Of a stretch of DNA of 26,830 bases, positions 16,989-26,830 are shown in pieces; the stretch's first letter is position 1; each line of letters opens with the position of its first letter. A model generated the notes under the pieces. It did not search any database. It saw only the letters and a program-made list of their open reading frames with translations, and was not told the origin of the DNA. Source of the DNA: Thiotrichaceae bacterium (GTDB lineage Bacteria > Pseudomonadota > Gammaproteobacteria > Eutrophobiales > Eutrophobiaceae); assembly GCA_042095435.1 (NCBI GenBank), contig JBELBG010000001.1, positions 1 to 26,830 on the forward strand, written 5' to 3'. Both the position numbers and the translations under genes were made by a program.

Positions 16989-18596
16989 TTAAGAATGCGC
17001 ATTCGCATCTGTTATCTTTGGTGGCGTTGTAAAACTGTGGAACGGAGGAGGAGATGGCAAAGTAAACTCTAAACCATGAGCTCCTTCCCAAACCTGATCC
17101 GTTGCTTTTTCACCTATTCCACGTGCACACTTGATAACAACCCAAACCATAATTAGTTGACTTAAACCAAAGACAAAGCCACCTATACTAATAATTGCAT
17201 TCCAATCTGCAAACTGGGTACCGTAATCAGGGATACGTCTTGGCATACCGGCAAGACCAATAAAGTGCATTGGGAAAAACAAGACATTCACAGAAATCGT
17301 TGATATCCAGAAGTGTAACTTACCTAGTTTTTCGTCATACATAACACCGGTCCATTTCGGCAACCAGTAATACACACCAGAAATAATGCCGTAGATAATG
17401 CCGGGGACAATGACGTAATGAAAATGCGCTACGATGAAGTAGGTATCATGGTATTGGAAATCTACTGGCGTAATACCCATCATCAAACCGGAGAAACCAC
17501 CAATTGAAAACATGAATAGCGTACCTATCGCAAATAACATAGGAGTTTCAAATGTCATCGCACCTTTCCACATGGTCGCGGTCCAGTTAAAGATTTTAAC
17601 ACCCGTTGGCACAGCAATCGCCATAGTGGCATACATAAAGAACAACTCACCAGTCAACGGCATACCAACAGTAAACATATGGTGCGCCCAGACAAAGAAC
17701 GACAAGAACGCAATCGATGCCGTTGCATAAACCATTGAGGCATAACCAAATAGCGGTTTACGCGCAAAGGTTGGAATAACCTGAGAGATAATACCGAAAG
17801 AAGGCAATACCAAGATATAAACTTCTGGATGACCAAAAAACCAGAATACATGCTGGAATAATACCGGATCACCACCACCGGCTGCGTCAAAAAACGCGGT
17901 GCCGAAATACTTATCCGTCAACAACATTGTTACTGCGCCAGCCAAAACAGGCATAGATGCAATTAACAAGAACGCCGTAATAATCCATGTCCATACAAAC
18001 AAGGGTAAACGCATAAATGTCATGCCTGGTGCACGCATGTTGAATACGGTAGCAATAATATTAATTGCTCCCATAATGGATGAGATACCCAAAAAGTGAA
18101 CCGCAAATATTAAAAACGGGAAGCCATCGCCTAGCTGTAAGACTAACGGAGGATACATTGTCCAACCGCCAGCGGGCGCACCACCTTCCATAAAGAAAGT
18201 CGCTAATAATAATGTGAAAGCAAATGGAAGAATCCAGAAACTCATATTGTTCATGCGTGGCATCGCCATATCCGGCGCACCGATCATAATGGGGATCATC
18301 CAGTTAGCAAGACCTACACCTGCCGGCATCAATGCACCGAAGATCATAACTAGTGCATGAACAGTGGTCATTGAGTTAAAAAACTGCGGGTCAACAAATT
18401 GTATTCCTGGTTGGAAAAGCTCCAGTCGAATGACCATTGCCATTGCGCCGCCAACAAAGAACATAATTAAAGAAAAAATCAGATACATCGTACCGATGTC
18501 TTTGTGGTTTGTTGAAAACAACCAGCGACCTATCCCTGTAGGTTTGTGATCGTGGTCGTGGTCGTGATGATCGTCGTGGACAGCTGCTTCGCTCAT
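16989..18596 (-). CDS. coxA: Cytochrome c oxidase subunit I, A1-type heme-copper oxidase
   Basis: STNHKDIG, GHPEVYI (His-Tyr crosslink plus D-channel Glu), WAHHMF, VAHFHY, PDMAMPRMNN (D-channel Asp), PTGVKIF (K-channel Lys). Confidence 0.98.
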   Translation of the reverse strand: MSEAAVHDDHHDHDHDHKPTGIGRWLFSTNHKDIGTMYLIFSLIMFFVGGAMAMVIRLELFQPGIQFVDPQFFNSMTTVHALVMIFGALMPAGVGLANWMIPIMIGAPDMAMPRMNNMSFWILPFAFTLLLATFFMEGGAPAGGWTMYPPLVLQLGDGFPFLIFAVHFLGISSIMGAINIIATVFNMRAPGMTFMRLPLFVWTWIITAFLLIASMPVLAGAVTMLLTDKYFGTAFFDAAGGGDPVLFQHVFWFFGHPEVYILVLPSFGIISQVIPTFARKPLFGYASMVYATASIAFLSFFVWAHHMFTVGMPLTGELFFMYATMAIAVPTGVKIFNWTATMWKGAMTFETPMLFAIGTLFMFSIGGFSGLMMGITPVDFQYHDTYFIVAHFHYVIVPGIIYGIISGVYYWLPKWTGVMYDEKLGKLHFWISTISVNVLFFPMHFIGLAGMPRRIPDYGTQFADWNAIISIGGFVFGLSQLIMVWVVIKCARGIGEKATDQVWEGAHGLEFTLPSPPPFHSFTTPPKITDANAHS

Positions 18597-18652
18597 ATCT
18601 CTATCCTCAGTTTACTAATTCTATATAAATTTATTGTTTAATATTCTGCTTA

Positions 18653-19792
18653 TTATCTTGCCGCTTTAACTTCTGATGGTTGCACAGTATCAGCAGCGGT
18701 ATTATCCCAAGCATTACGTTCATGGGTTATCACAGCAGCCAGATCTGCATCATTCAGTTGATCTTTAAACGCAGGCATCAAATTCTTACCGTTTAATATA
18801 AGCTTTATCATTTCTTCTTTTGGACCATTTACTAAAGCGCTACCCTTTAAGGCAGGAAATAGACCATCAACACCTTCACCTGTAGGCATATGGCAAGAAG
18901 CACAGTTAGCTGAGTAAACTGATTTTCCTTTTTCCATTAATTCTTCTTTAGTCATGTCAGCACCGGAGTTAGCTGCAGCCAACTCTGCTTTTTTATCAGC
19001 AACCCATGTTGTGTACTCATCTTTTGACACAGCTCGAACAACTATCGGCATGAAACCATGATCTTTACCACATAGCTCAGTACATTTACCGCGGTATACA
19101 CCGGGTTCTTCGATATAGGTCCAGTTATCATTGATATAGCCCGGAATTGCATCACGCTTCCAGCCTAAATCAGGCACCCACCAGGCGTGAATTACATCTT
19201 CTGCTGTTGTCAGAATTCTGATTTTTGTTTCAATAGGGAGAACAACTTCGTTATCTACATTTAATAGATAGTTCTCAATCGTGTTTGGATCAATTCCAGA
19301 ACCACGTTGTCTGGCAGCGTTATCCTCTTCAGCGAGAGAGCTCATAAAACTGATGCCCTCACCTTCGCCTATAAGATAGTCGTATTTCCACTTCCATTGA
19401 TAACCGGTGACCTTAATAGTCATTTCAGAGTCACCCGTTTTTTCCATAAAGATAAGTGTTTTCGTTGCCGGGACAGCCATGCCAACCAGAATCAAAATAG
19501 GGATAATCGTCCAGGTAATTTCAGCTACTGTACTATGATGAAAGGTTGCCGGAGTGACGCCTTTTGATTTTCTGTGATAAATAATTGACCAGGTCATTAC
19601 ACCAAAAACGACAACACCTATCGCCGTTACGATGTAGAAAATGATCATATGTAAATCGTAGACTTTTTGACTTGTCGGCGTAACACCTTCAGTCAGATTG
19701 AGTGGAAATTCAGCCAGAACAGCGCCACTCACCAGAAATAACGAAACCGCAAACAGGCCTAGCACTGCCCGTTTTATTTTATCGACTGACAT
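18653..19792 (-). CDS. coxB: Cytochrome c oxidase subunit II with fused C-terminal cytochrome c (caa3-like)
   Basis: GYQWKWKY, DVIHAWW, CuA motif CTELCGKDHGFM, C-terminal CASCH with distal Met in NLMPAF; RBS GAGGA. Confidence 0.97.
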   Translation of the reverse strand: MSVDKIKRAVLGLFAVSLFLVSGAVLAEFPLNLTEGVTPTSQKVYDLHMIIFYIVTAIGVVVFGVMTWSIIYHRKSKGVTPATFHHSTVAEITWTIIPILILVGMAVPATKTLIFMEKTGDSEMTIKVTGYQWKWKYDYLIGEGEGISFMSSLAEEDNAARQRGSGIDPNTIENYLLNVDNEVVLPIETKIRILTTAEDVIHAWWVPDLGWKRDAIPGYINDNWTYIEEPGVYRGKCTELCGKDHGFMPIVVRAVSKDEYTTWVADKKAELAAANSGADMTKEELMEKGKSVYSANCASCHMPTGEGVDGLFPALKGSALVNGPKEEMIKLILNGKNLMPAFKDQLNDADLAAVITHERNAWDNTAADTVQPSEVKAAR

Positions 19793-20033
19793 ACAACATT
19801 CCTCAGTATTGATGTTTTAATATTTTCTTATTTTGCGACTGCCTTAGCTGCATTCAGTGACTCCTCATAACTCTTCTCATCACTAAATTTTTCCTGAATC
19901 ATGCGACATTTAGTTATGAAATTTATGTTTTGTCACAAAATGTGCCGCTCAAGAAGGACTGTGCCGTCTTAGTGCGACAATATGCCCTATATTGACCATT
20001 CTTTGCAAGTTTAGTGTGAAAATTATCAATAAA

Positions 20034-20717
20034 TCATAAAGAACTGGAATCTAACAACATATTGTCCTGGATTTGAAGTTTGGCAGCAGAATTCTGCCCG
20101 AACGGCAAGTCTGCCAGATAAGGACTTTCTATGGCTTTTTTAAGTGTTTCTAACGACTCTTTCGGATACAGATAAGCTTCTTCAAGGCGGTTGCTGACCC
20201 AGCCAAACAGGTTCAAACCATCAGCTCTGATCGCTTCCGCAGTCAAAATGGCATGATTTAGACAACCTAACCTGAACCCAACGACCAGGATCACTGGCAA
20301 ACCCAGTTTTTTAACAAGATCGGCCATACTCTGCTCGTCTGAAATGGGAACACGCCAACCGCCCACTCCCTCTACAACAACCAAATCATTATTTGACGCC
20401 AATTGTTTATAACAACTCTCTATCTCTCTCAGATCAATCGTTTGCTTCATTTGTCTGGCGGCAATATGAGGAGAAACCGGTAATTCAAAAACAACTGGGT
20501 TAATTAATTCATAATCTATCGGCTCCGAACATACTTGTTGTATTAGTTCTGCATCTTCGTTTCTCAATCTACCGTCCTTTCTGGCAGCACCGGAAGCAAT
20601 AGGCTTCATGCCCGCCACTTTATAACCCTGCTTTTTAAGCTCTTCTATAAGTGCAACCGTTACGCATGTCTTGCCTATTCCGGTATCTGTTCCCGCTATA
20701 AAAAAACCCTTTGCCAT
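20034..20717 (-). CDS. bioD: Dethiobiotin synthetase
   Basis: FIAGTDTGIGKT P-loop, GMKPIASG, VSPHIAA, VVEGVGG, LGCLNHAILT. Confidence 0.96.
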   Translation of the reverse strand: MAKGFFIAGTDTGIGKTCVTVALIEELKKQGYKVAGMKPIASGAARKDGRLRNEDAELIQQVCSEPIDYELINPVVFELPVSPHIAARQMKQTIDLREIESCYKQLASNNDLVVVEGVGGWRVPISDEQSMADLVKKLGLPVILVVGFRLGCLNHAILTAEAIRADGLNLFGWVSNRLEEAYLYPKESLETLKKAIESPYLADLPFGQNSAAKLQIQDNMLLDSSSL

Positions 20718-20722
20718 CTTTA

Positions 20723-21631
20723 TTAAACTTTTCTATTTTTTAAATCTTGCTTCAGCTTTTCCAAAGAAACATGCTGAACACTGGTATCATTGTTTTTTGT
20801 AATGGCTGATTTCATTGCGGGCTTCCAAGCATGACCATAAATAACTTCATATGTTGCCGGAAGTTTATTGTTTGTCCGATAGGTTTCGTAATATTGAATG
20901 GCTTTTTCCAACCTTCGCTTTCCTGTTAGCGTTTTCCTTCTTCCGAGATTTACATTGTGAGCACCAATACTTTTAAGATCGCGCATTAACTGTAGACATT
21001 CATCATAAGTTAAAACAATATTTTCGATACTCAATACTGGCGCATCCAAGCCGCCTCTAATTAACGCATCACCAATATCATGCATATCCGTAAAAGCATT
21101 AATATGAACATTGCCATCAGCCTGCCTCCAGCTTTCACGCAGCTCTTTTAAAGTGTCTGGGCCAAAGGTTGTAAAGACAAACACGCCTTCTGGCTTCAGC
21201 ACTCGTTTTACTTCAGCAAAAACGGCATCCGGATTATTTAACCACTGCAGCATCAAACTACTAAATACCAAATCAACACTCTGGTCAGACAACGGTATTT
21301 TATTTGCATCAACACAGAAAAAATGATCTTTCGAAAAAAAACGCGAAGACTTTTTACGCGAGCCCTTTAACATCTCTATTGAAAGATCGGCTTGATAAAT
21401 ATGTGCTTTTTTAAATTGGCGTTTTAATTGTTTTGCCCCATAGCCTGAACCAGAACCTAAATCCAAAACAACATTGGGTTCAATTTTAATATGATCAAAG
21501 CCCTCCATTAATCGATTAACTACTGTCCTTTGCAATAAAGCATGGGCGTCATAATTTTTCGCAGCACCATTAAAAGCATGCTGAATCTGTTTTGTATCTA
21601 CCTGATAAACAGAATTAACAGAATTTTGCAT
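20723..21631 (-). CDS. bioC: Malonyl-ACP O-methyltransferase
   Basis: FNGAAKNYD.HA.LQR, VLDLGSGSG SAM motif, SSLMLQW, TFGPDTLKEL, F.DMHDIGDAL, ATYEVIYGHAW; ATG 21631 preferred (overlaps the relic bioH end), track start 21643 possible. Confidence 0.95.
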   Translation of the reverse strand: MQNSVNSVYQVDTKQIQHAFNGAAKNYDAHALLQRTVVNRLMEGFDHIKIEPNVVLDLGSGSGYGAKQLKRQFKKAHIYQADLSIEMLKGSRKKSSRFFSKDHFFCVDANKIPLSDQSVDLVFSSLMLQWLNNPDAVFAEVKRVLKPEGVFVFTTFGPDTLKELRESWRQADGNVHINAFTDMHDIGDALIRGGLDAPVLSIENIVLTYDECLQLMRDLKSIGAHNVNLGRRKTLTGKRRLEKAIQYYETYRTNNKLPATYEVIYGHAWKPAMKSAITKNNDTSVQHVSLEKLKQDLKNRKV

Positions 21632-21784
21632 CGAAGAACTCATTTATTAATTCTGAAAATTCTTGCTGATTGTTAAGAATATAAAGGCATGCGATGACAC
21701 ATTATTAACAGGCGCCAAAGACAAACCAGCTTCATCCCATATCGACTGCTTTATTCCCCAGCCGTGTAATAAAAGCACCTGCAT
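21615..21784 (-). pseudogene. bioH: Internally deleted relic of pimeloyl-ACP methyl ester esterase BioH
   Basis: ATG 21784 with AGGA overlapping the bioF stop; MQVLLLHGWGIKQSIWDE matches the BioH N-terminal LHGWG motif; joined within ~12 codons to SSHA and, after a frame change, NNQQEFSELINEFF (BioH C-terminal HAPF...EF-like tail) ending TAA 21615 inside the bioC start; exact bioF-bioC slot. Confidence 0.8.
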
Positions 21785-21789
21785 GTTTC

Positions 21790-22953
21790 CTATATTGCTG
21801 CTGCTAACGAAGCAGTCAGTTTTTCTACCTGCTCTTTGGAATGCCCGGCAGTAAGACTAATTCTTAGTCGCGATGTATCTTTCGGCACTGTCGGCGGCCT
21901 TATAGCAGAGACCAATATTTTTTGGTCTTTAAGTGACTTACTGAGCAGCAAGGCTTTATCAGCATTACCTACAATATAAGGCTGAATATGTGATGTTGAT
22001 GTTTTTTGATCCAGCTTGTTTTTATTTAAACCGGCTTTATAAACATTGATCAGCTCATTAATATTTTTACGTAATGGATGGCCATTAATAATCATGCCTA
22101 TCGCATAAGTCATCGTCGCAGCAATTGCCGGCATTAGTGCTGTTGTATAGATATACGTCCTTGCCTTTTGAATAAACATTTCTACAAATAAACGATTGCC
22201 AGAAATAAAAGCACCGCTTGCTCCAAAGGACTTTCCAAAAGTACCTATTAATAACGGAACTTCTTCTTCACCTAATTGCAGGTCTTCCAGTAAACCGGCT
22301 CCTGTTTTACCTAACACACCAATGCCGTGCGCATCATCGACTATTAAAATAGCGTTGTACGTTTTACAAAGGTCGGCTATTTCTAATAAAGGCGCATGGT
22401 CTCCGTCCATACTGAAGACGCCGTCTGTCATTAAAATTAGCTTTGCACTTTTATATTTTTCAAAAAGACTTTTTAAATGATCTATATCACTATGTTTATA
22501 GCGAACCAGTTTACCTTTTGATAACAAAGCTGAATCAATTAAAGAAGCATGGTTTAATTTATCTTGTAACACGACAGTGTCTTCATCTATCAGTGTAGAA
22601 GCAATTGCCAGGTTTGCTTGATAGCCTGTTGAAAAAACCAGCGCGGCTTCCCTATTCAAAAATTCTGCGAGCTTTGTTTCTAATTCACTATGAGCTGCAG
22701 AATGGCCAACAAGCAGTTGTGACGATCCTGCACCAAGACCGTATTGTTGTATTGCTTCAATCATCTGTACTTTTAATTTTTTATTATTAGCAAAGCCCAG
22801 ATAATCATTGCTGCTGAAGTTTATATATTCTTTACCTTCAATATTAATAACCGAAGCTTGTGAAGAATAAACAACCTGTCTTTTTCTATACAGCCCGTCT
22901 TTTTTTCTTTGCTCGAGTTCTTTAACAAAACTCGCTGTTATAGCTTGCTCCAT
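21790..22953 (-). CDS. bioF: 8-amino-7-oxononanoate synthase
   Basis: NFSSNDYLG, FSTGYQANL, DKLNHASLID, DGVFSMDGD, DDAHGIG, GTFGKSFG (PLP lysine), IRPPTVP. Confidence 0.96.
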   Translation of the reverse strand: MEQAITASFVKELEQRKKDGLYRKRQVVYSSQASVINIEGKEYINFSSNDYLGFANNKKLKVQMIEAIQQYGLGAGSSQLLVGHSAAHSELETKLAEFLNREAALVFSTGYQANLAIASTLIDEDTVVLQDKLNHASLIDSALLSKGKLVRYKHSDIDHLKSLFEKYKSAKLILMTDGVFSMDGDHAPLLEIADLCKTYNAILIVDDAHGIGVLGKTGAGLLEDLQLGEEEVPLLIGTFGKSFGASGAFISGNRLFVEMFIQKARTYIYTTALMPAIAATMTYAIGMIINGHPLRKNINELINVYKAGLNKNKLDQKTSTSHIQPYIVGNADKALLLSKSLKDQKILVSAIRPPTVPKDTSRLRISLTAGHSKEQVEKLTASLAAAI

Positions 22954-23918
22954 TAATGTTGTGTAGATTGAATACCCAATCGATCAAACAACTGTTTATC
23001 CTTTTCTAATTGCGGATTGTTTGTTGTCAGCAATTTTTCGCCATAAAAAATAGAGTTTGCCCCTGCAAGAAAACATAGAGCCTGCATTTCATCAGTCATC
23101 TCATTACGCCCTGCAGATAACCTGACATAGGAAGCGGGCATCATTATTCGGGCTGCCGCAATGATTCGGACAAACTCTAATGCATCTGGCGCATCACTAT
23201 TATCTAAAGGCGTTCCCTCTACTTGCACCAACATATTGATCGGAACGCTTTCAGGTTGCTTCGGCATATTAGCCAGCGTTAGTAATAAACCGGCACGATC
23301 ATTTTCATTCTCACCCATACCAATAATGCCGCCACTGCAAACATTAATTTCAGCCTGCCGAACATGCTCCAAGGTATCAAGTCTTTCCTGATAGTCTCTG
23401 GTGCTGATAATTTTTGAATAATATTCTGGAGAGCAATCCAGGTTATGATTGTAATAATCAAGCCCGGCTTTTTTTAGATCTTTAGCTTGCTCATTGGATA
23501 ACATACCTAAAGTCACACATGTTTCCATGCCTGTTTCTTTTACGGCCTCAACCATTGCCATTACTTTTTCCAAATCTTTTTGTTTTGGCTGACGCCATGC
23601 AGCCCCCATACAAAAACGAGTTGCCCCTTTTTCTTTAGCAGCATTTGCTTGAAGTAAAACTTCTTTAATATCGAGCAACTTTTCTGCATTTACACCTGTA
23701 TCATAATGCGCGCTTTGTGGACAATAAGCACAGTCTTCAGGACAGCCGCCCGTTTTAATATTCATTAACGTGCTTAATTGAACCTTATTAGGATCAAAAT
23801 GTTGTCGATGGATTTGTTGGGCTGTAAATAAGAGATCATTAAAAGGTTGAGTTAACAATGAAACCGCTTCTTCTCTGGTCCAGTTGTTTTTTATTTCATT
23901 CTGACTTTGGGCTTGCAT
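22953..23918 (-). CDS. bioB: Biotin synthase (radical SAM)
   Basis: [15 protein letters not shown] (CxxxCxxC), [47 protein letters not shown]; ATG 23918 has AGGA at 8-nt spacing. Confidence 0.97.
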   Translation of the reverse strand: MQAQSQNEIKNNWTREEAVSLLTQPFNDLLFTAQQIHRQHFDPNKVQLSTLMNIKTGGCPEDCAYCPQSAHYDTGVNAEKLLDIKEVLLQANAAKEKGATRFCMGAAWRQPKQKDLEKVMAMVEAVKETGMETCVTLGMLSNEQAKDLKKAGLDYYNHNLDCSPEYYSKIISTRDYQERLDTLEHVRQAEINVCSGGIIGMGENENDRAGLLLTLANMPKQPESVPINMLVQVEGTPLDNSDAPDALEFVRIIAAARIMMPASYVRLSAGRNEMTDEMQALCFLAGANSIFYGEKLLTTNNPQLEKDKQLFDRLGIQSTQH

Positions 23919-23976
23919 CTTCATTTTCCTAGTGTTTATTTTCAATCAAGCATGCGAAAATTAATAACAGACATAG

Positions 23977-24010
23977 CTTGTAAACTTTTAGTTTTTACAA
24001 AGGTTAACAG
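23977..24010. promoter_or_regulatory. BirA (biotin repressor) operator
   Basis: TGTAAACT (23979-23986), 15 nt, GGTTAACA (24002-24009) matches the established TGTwAACC-N14..16-GGTTwACA BirA palindrome, upstream of bioB. Confidence 0.8.
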
Positions 24011-24015
24011 AAGAG

Positions 24016-24693
24016 ATGGAATTCAAAAAACTAATTTCTACTTTTTCGACAAAAAGCGCCTGTTATTTTTGTTTATCGCCTACAGCTGCTGCCTGGTGTA
24101 AGCAATGTGAGCTTGATTTTATTAAACATAGTCTACGCTGCCCAAAATGCGCAAAACCACACGACGCACCAACAGTCTGCGGCAAATGTATTGTTTCTCC
24201 ACCGTTGTTTTCTACTACCACTGTTTTATTTAATTACGCATACCCGGTGAAGAAAATAGTTTTGAACTTTAAATTTGGAAAACGCGCGGAATTATCTATT
24301 CTTTTTAGCGATAGACTTTTAGATAAAATAATAAACAAAGGCAAGTTACCTGAAACGCTTGTTCCTGTGCCTTTACACAAAAAGAGGCAAGCACAACGTG
24401 GCTATAATCAGTCTTTAGAGCTTGCTAAACATTTATCAAAAAAACTGGGTATCCCGGTCAATACAAACCTATGCAAGCGAATAGTAAACACTGATCCGCA
24501 AAGCGAGTTTCCACTAAAGTCTCGTCAGAAAAATGTTAAAGACGCCTTTGCTTTAAATAGCAGCAATATACCAAAACACATCGCTATCATTGACGATGTC
24601 ATAACAACAGGCTCTACTATTAAAGAAATATCAAAACTTTTTAAAAAAGCGGGTTGTGAACAAATTGATATTTGGGCAATAGCCCGAACCTGA
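24016..24693 (+). CDS. comF: ComF/GntX family phosphoribosyltransferase-fold DNA utilisation protein
   Basis: N-terminal CxxC pairs (CYFC, CKQC, CPKC, CGKC), VPVPLH..R..RGYNQS, IIDDVITTGST; divergent from bioB as in many Gammaproteobacteria. Confidence 0.92.
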   Translation: MEFKKLISTFSTKSACYFCLSPTAAAWCKQCELDFIKHSLRCPKCAKPHDAPTVCGKCIVSPPLFSTTTVLFNYAYPVKKIVLNFKFGKRAELSILFSDRLLDKIINKGKLPETLVPVPLHKKRQAQRGYNQSLELAKHLSKKLGIPVNTNLCKRIVNTDPQSEFPLKSRQKNVKDAFALNSSNIPKHIAIIDDVITTGSTIKEISKLFKKAGCEQIDIWAIART

Positions 24694-24714
24694 AAACAAC
24701 CCTAGAACGCAACT

Positions 24715-26830
<2,116 letters not shown>

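Noticed and set aside
21608-21625. Tandem 9-bp duplication AACAGAATT at the bioC start
   Set aside because: In-frame NSV-NSV in a variable N-terminus; too short to indicate a mobile-element scar
21663-21854. Plus-strand 63-aa ORF in the bioF-bioC gap
   Set aside because: Antisense shadow of the bioH relic and the bioF end

Overview
Low-GC gammaproteobacterial chromosomal segment, probably oriC-proximal because it ends in gyrB. The right two-thirds (8766-26830) is mostly core metabolism: a YadGH-type ABC pair; exported MsrA/MsrB; a complete A1-type (caa3-like) cytochrome c oxidase cluster (coxB-coxA-small protein-ctaG-coxC, antisense DUF2909, SURF1, SCO-like protein, ctaA, cyoE); a bioB-bioF-(bioH)-bioC-bioD operon with a BirA operator shared with divergent comF; and 5'-truncated gyrB. 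The left third is accessory: the decayed 3' half of a KAP-type P-loop NTPase, NnrU, DUF924, GST, SYLF, a Tat-exported FecR-domain protein, a class-3 lipase / Na-Pi cotransporter / CHAD trio and an orphan hcp. Reading between the supplied ORFs gave four things the track misses. (i) hcp is a full-length ~163-aa gene split across three frames, with both junctions at correctly phased -1 slippery heptamers (A_AAA_AAA and T_TTA_AAG). (ii) bioH has collapsed to a ~170-bp relic inside an otherwise intact biotin operon. (iii) The two left-edge 'hypothetical' ORFs are fragments of one KAP NTPase gene with five lesions. (iv) A 40-aa oxidase assembly peptide lies between coxA and ctaG. I found no rRNA, tRNA, CRISPR array or transposase. 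All family assignments come from motif recognition by eye, not database searches. I cannot claim a proven new system; the strongest leads are the hcp frameshifts and the BioH-less bioC pathway.
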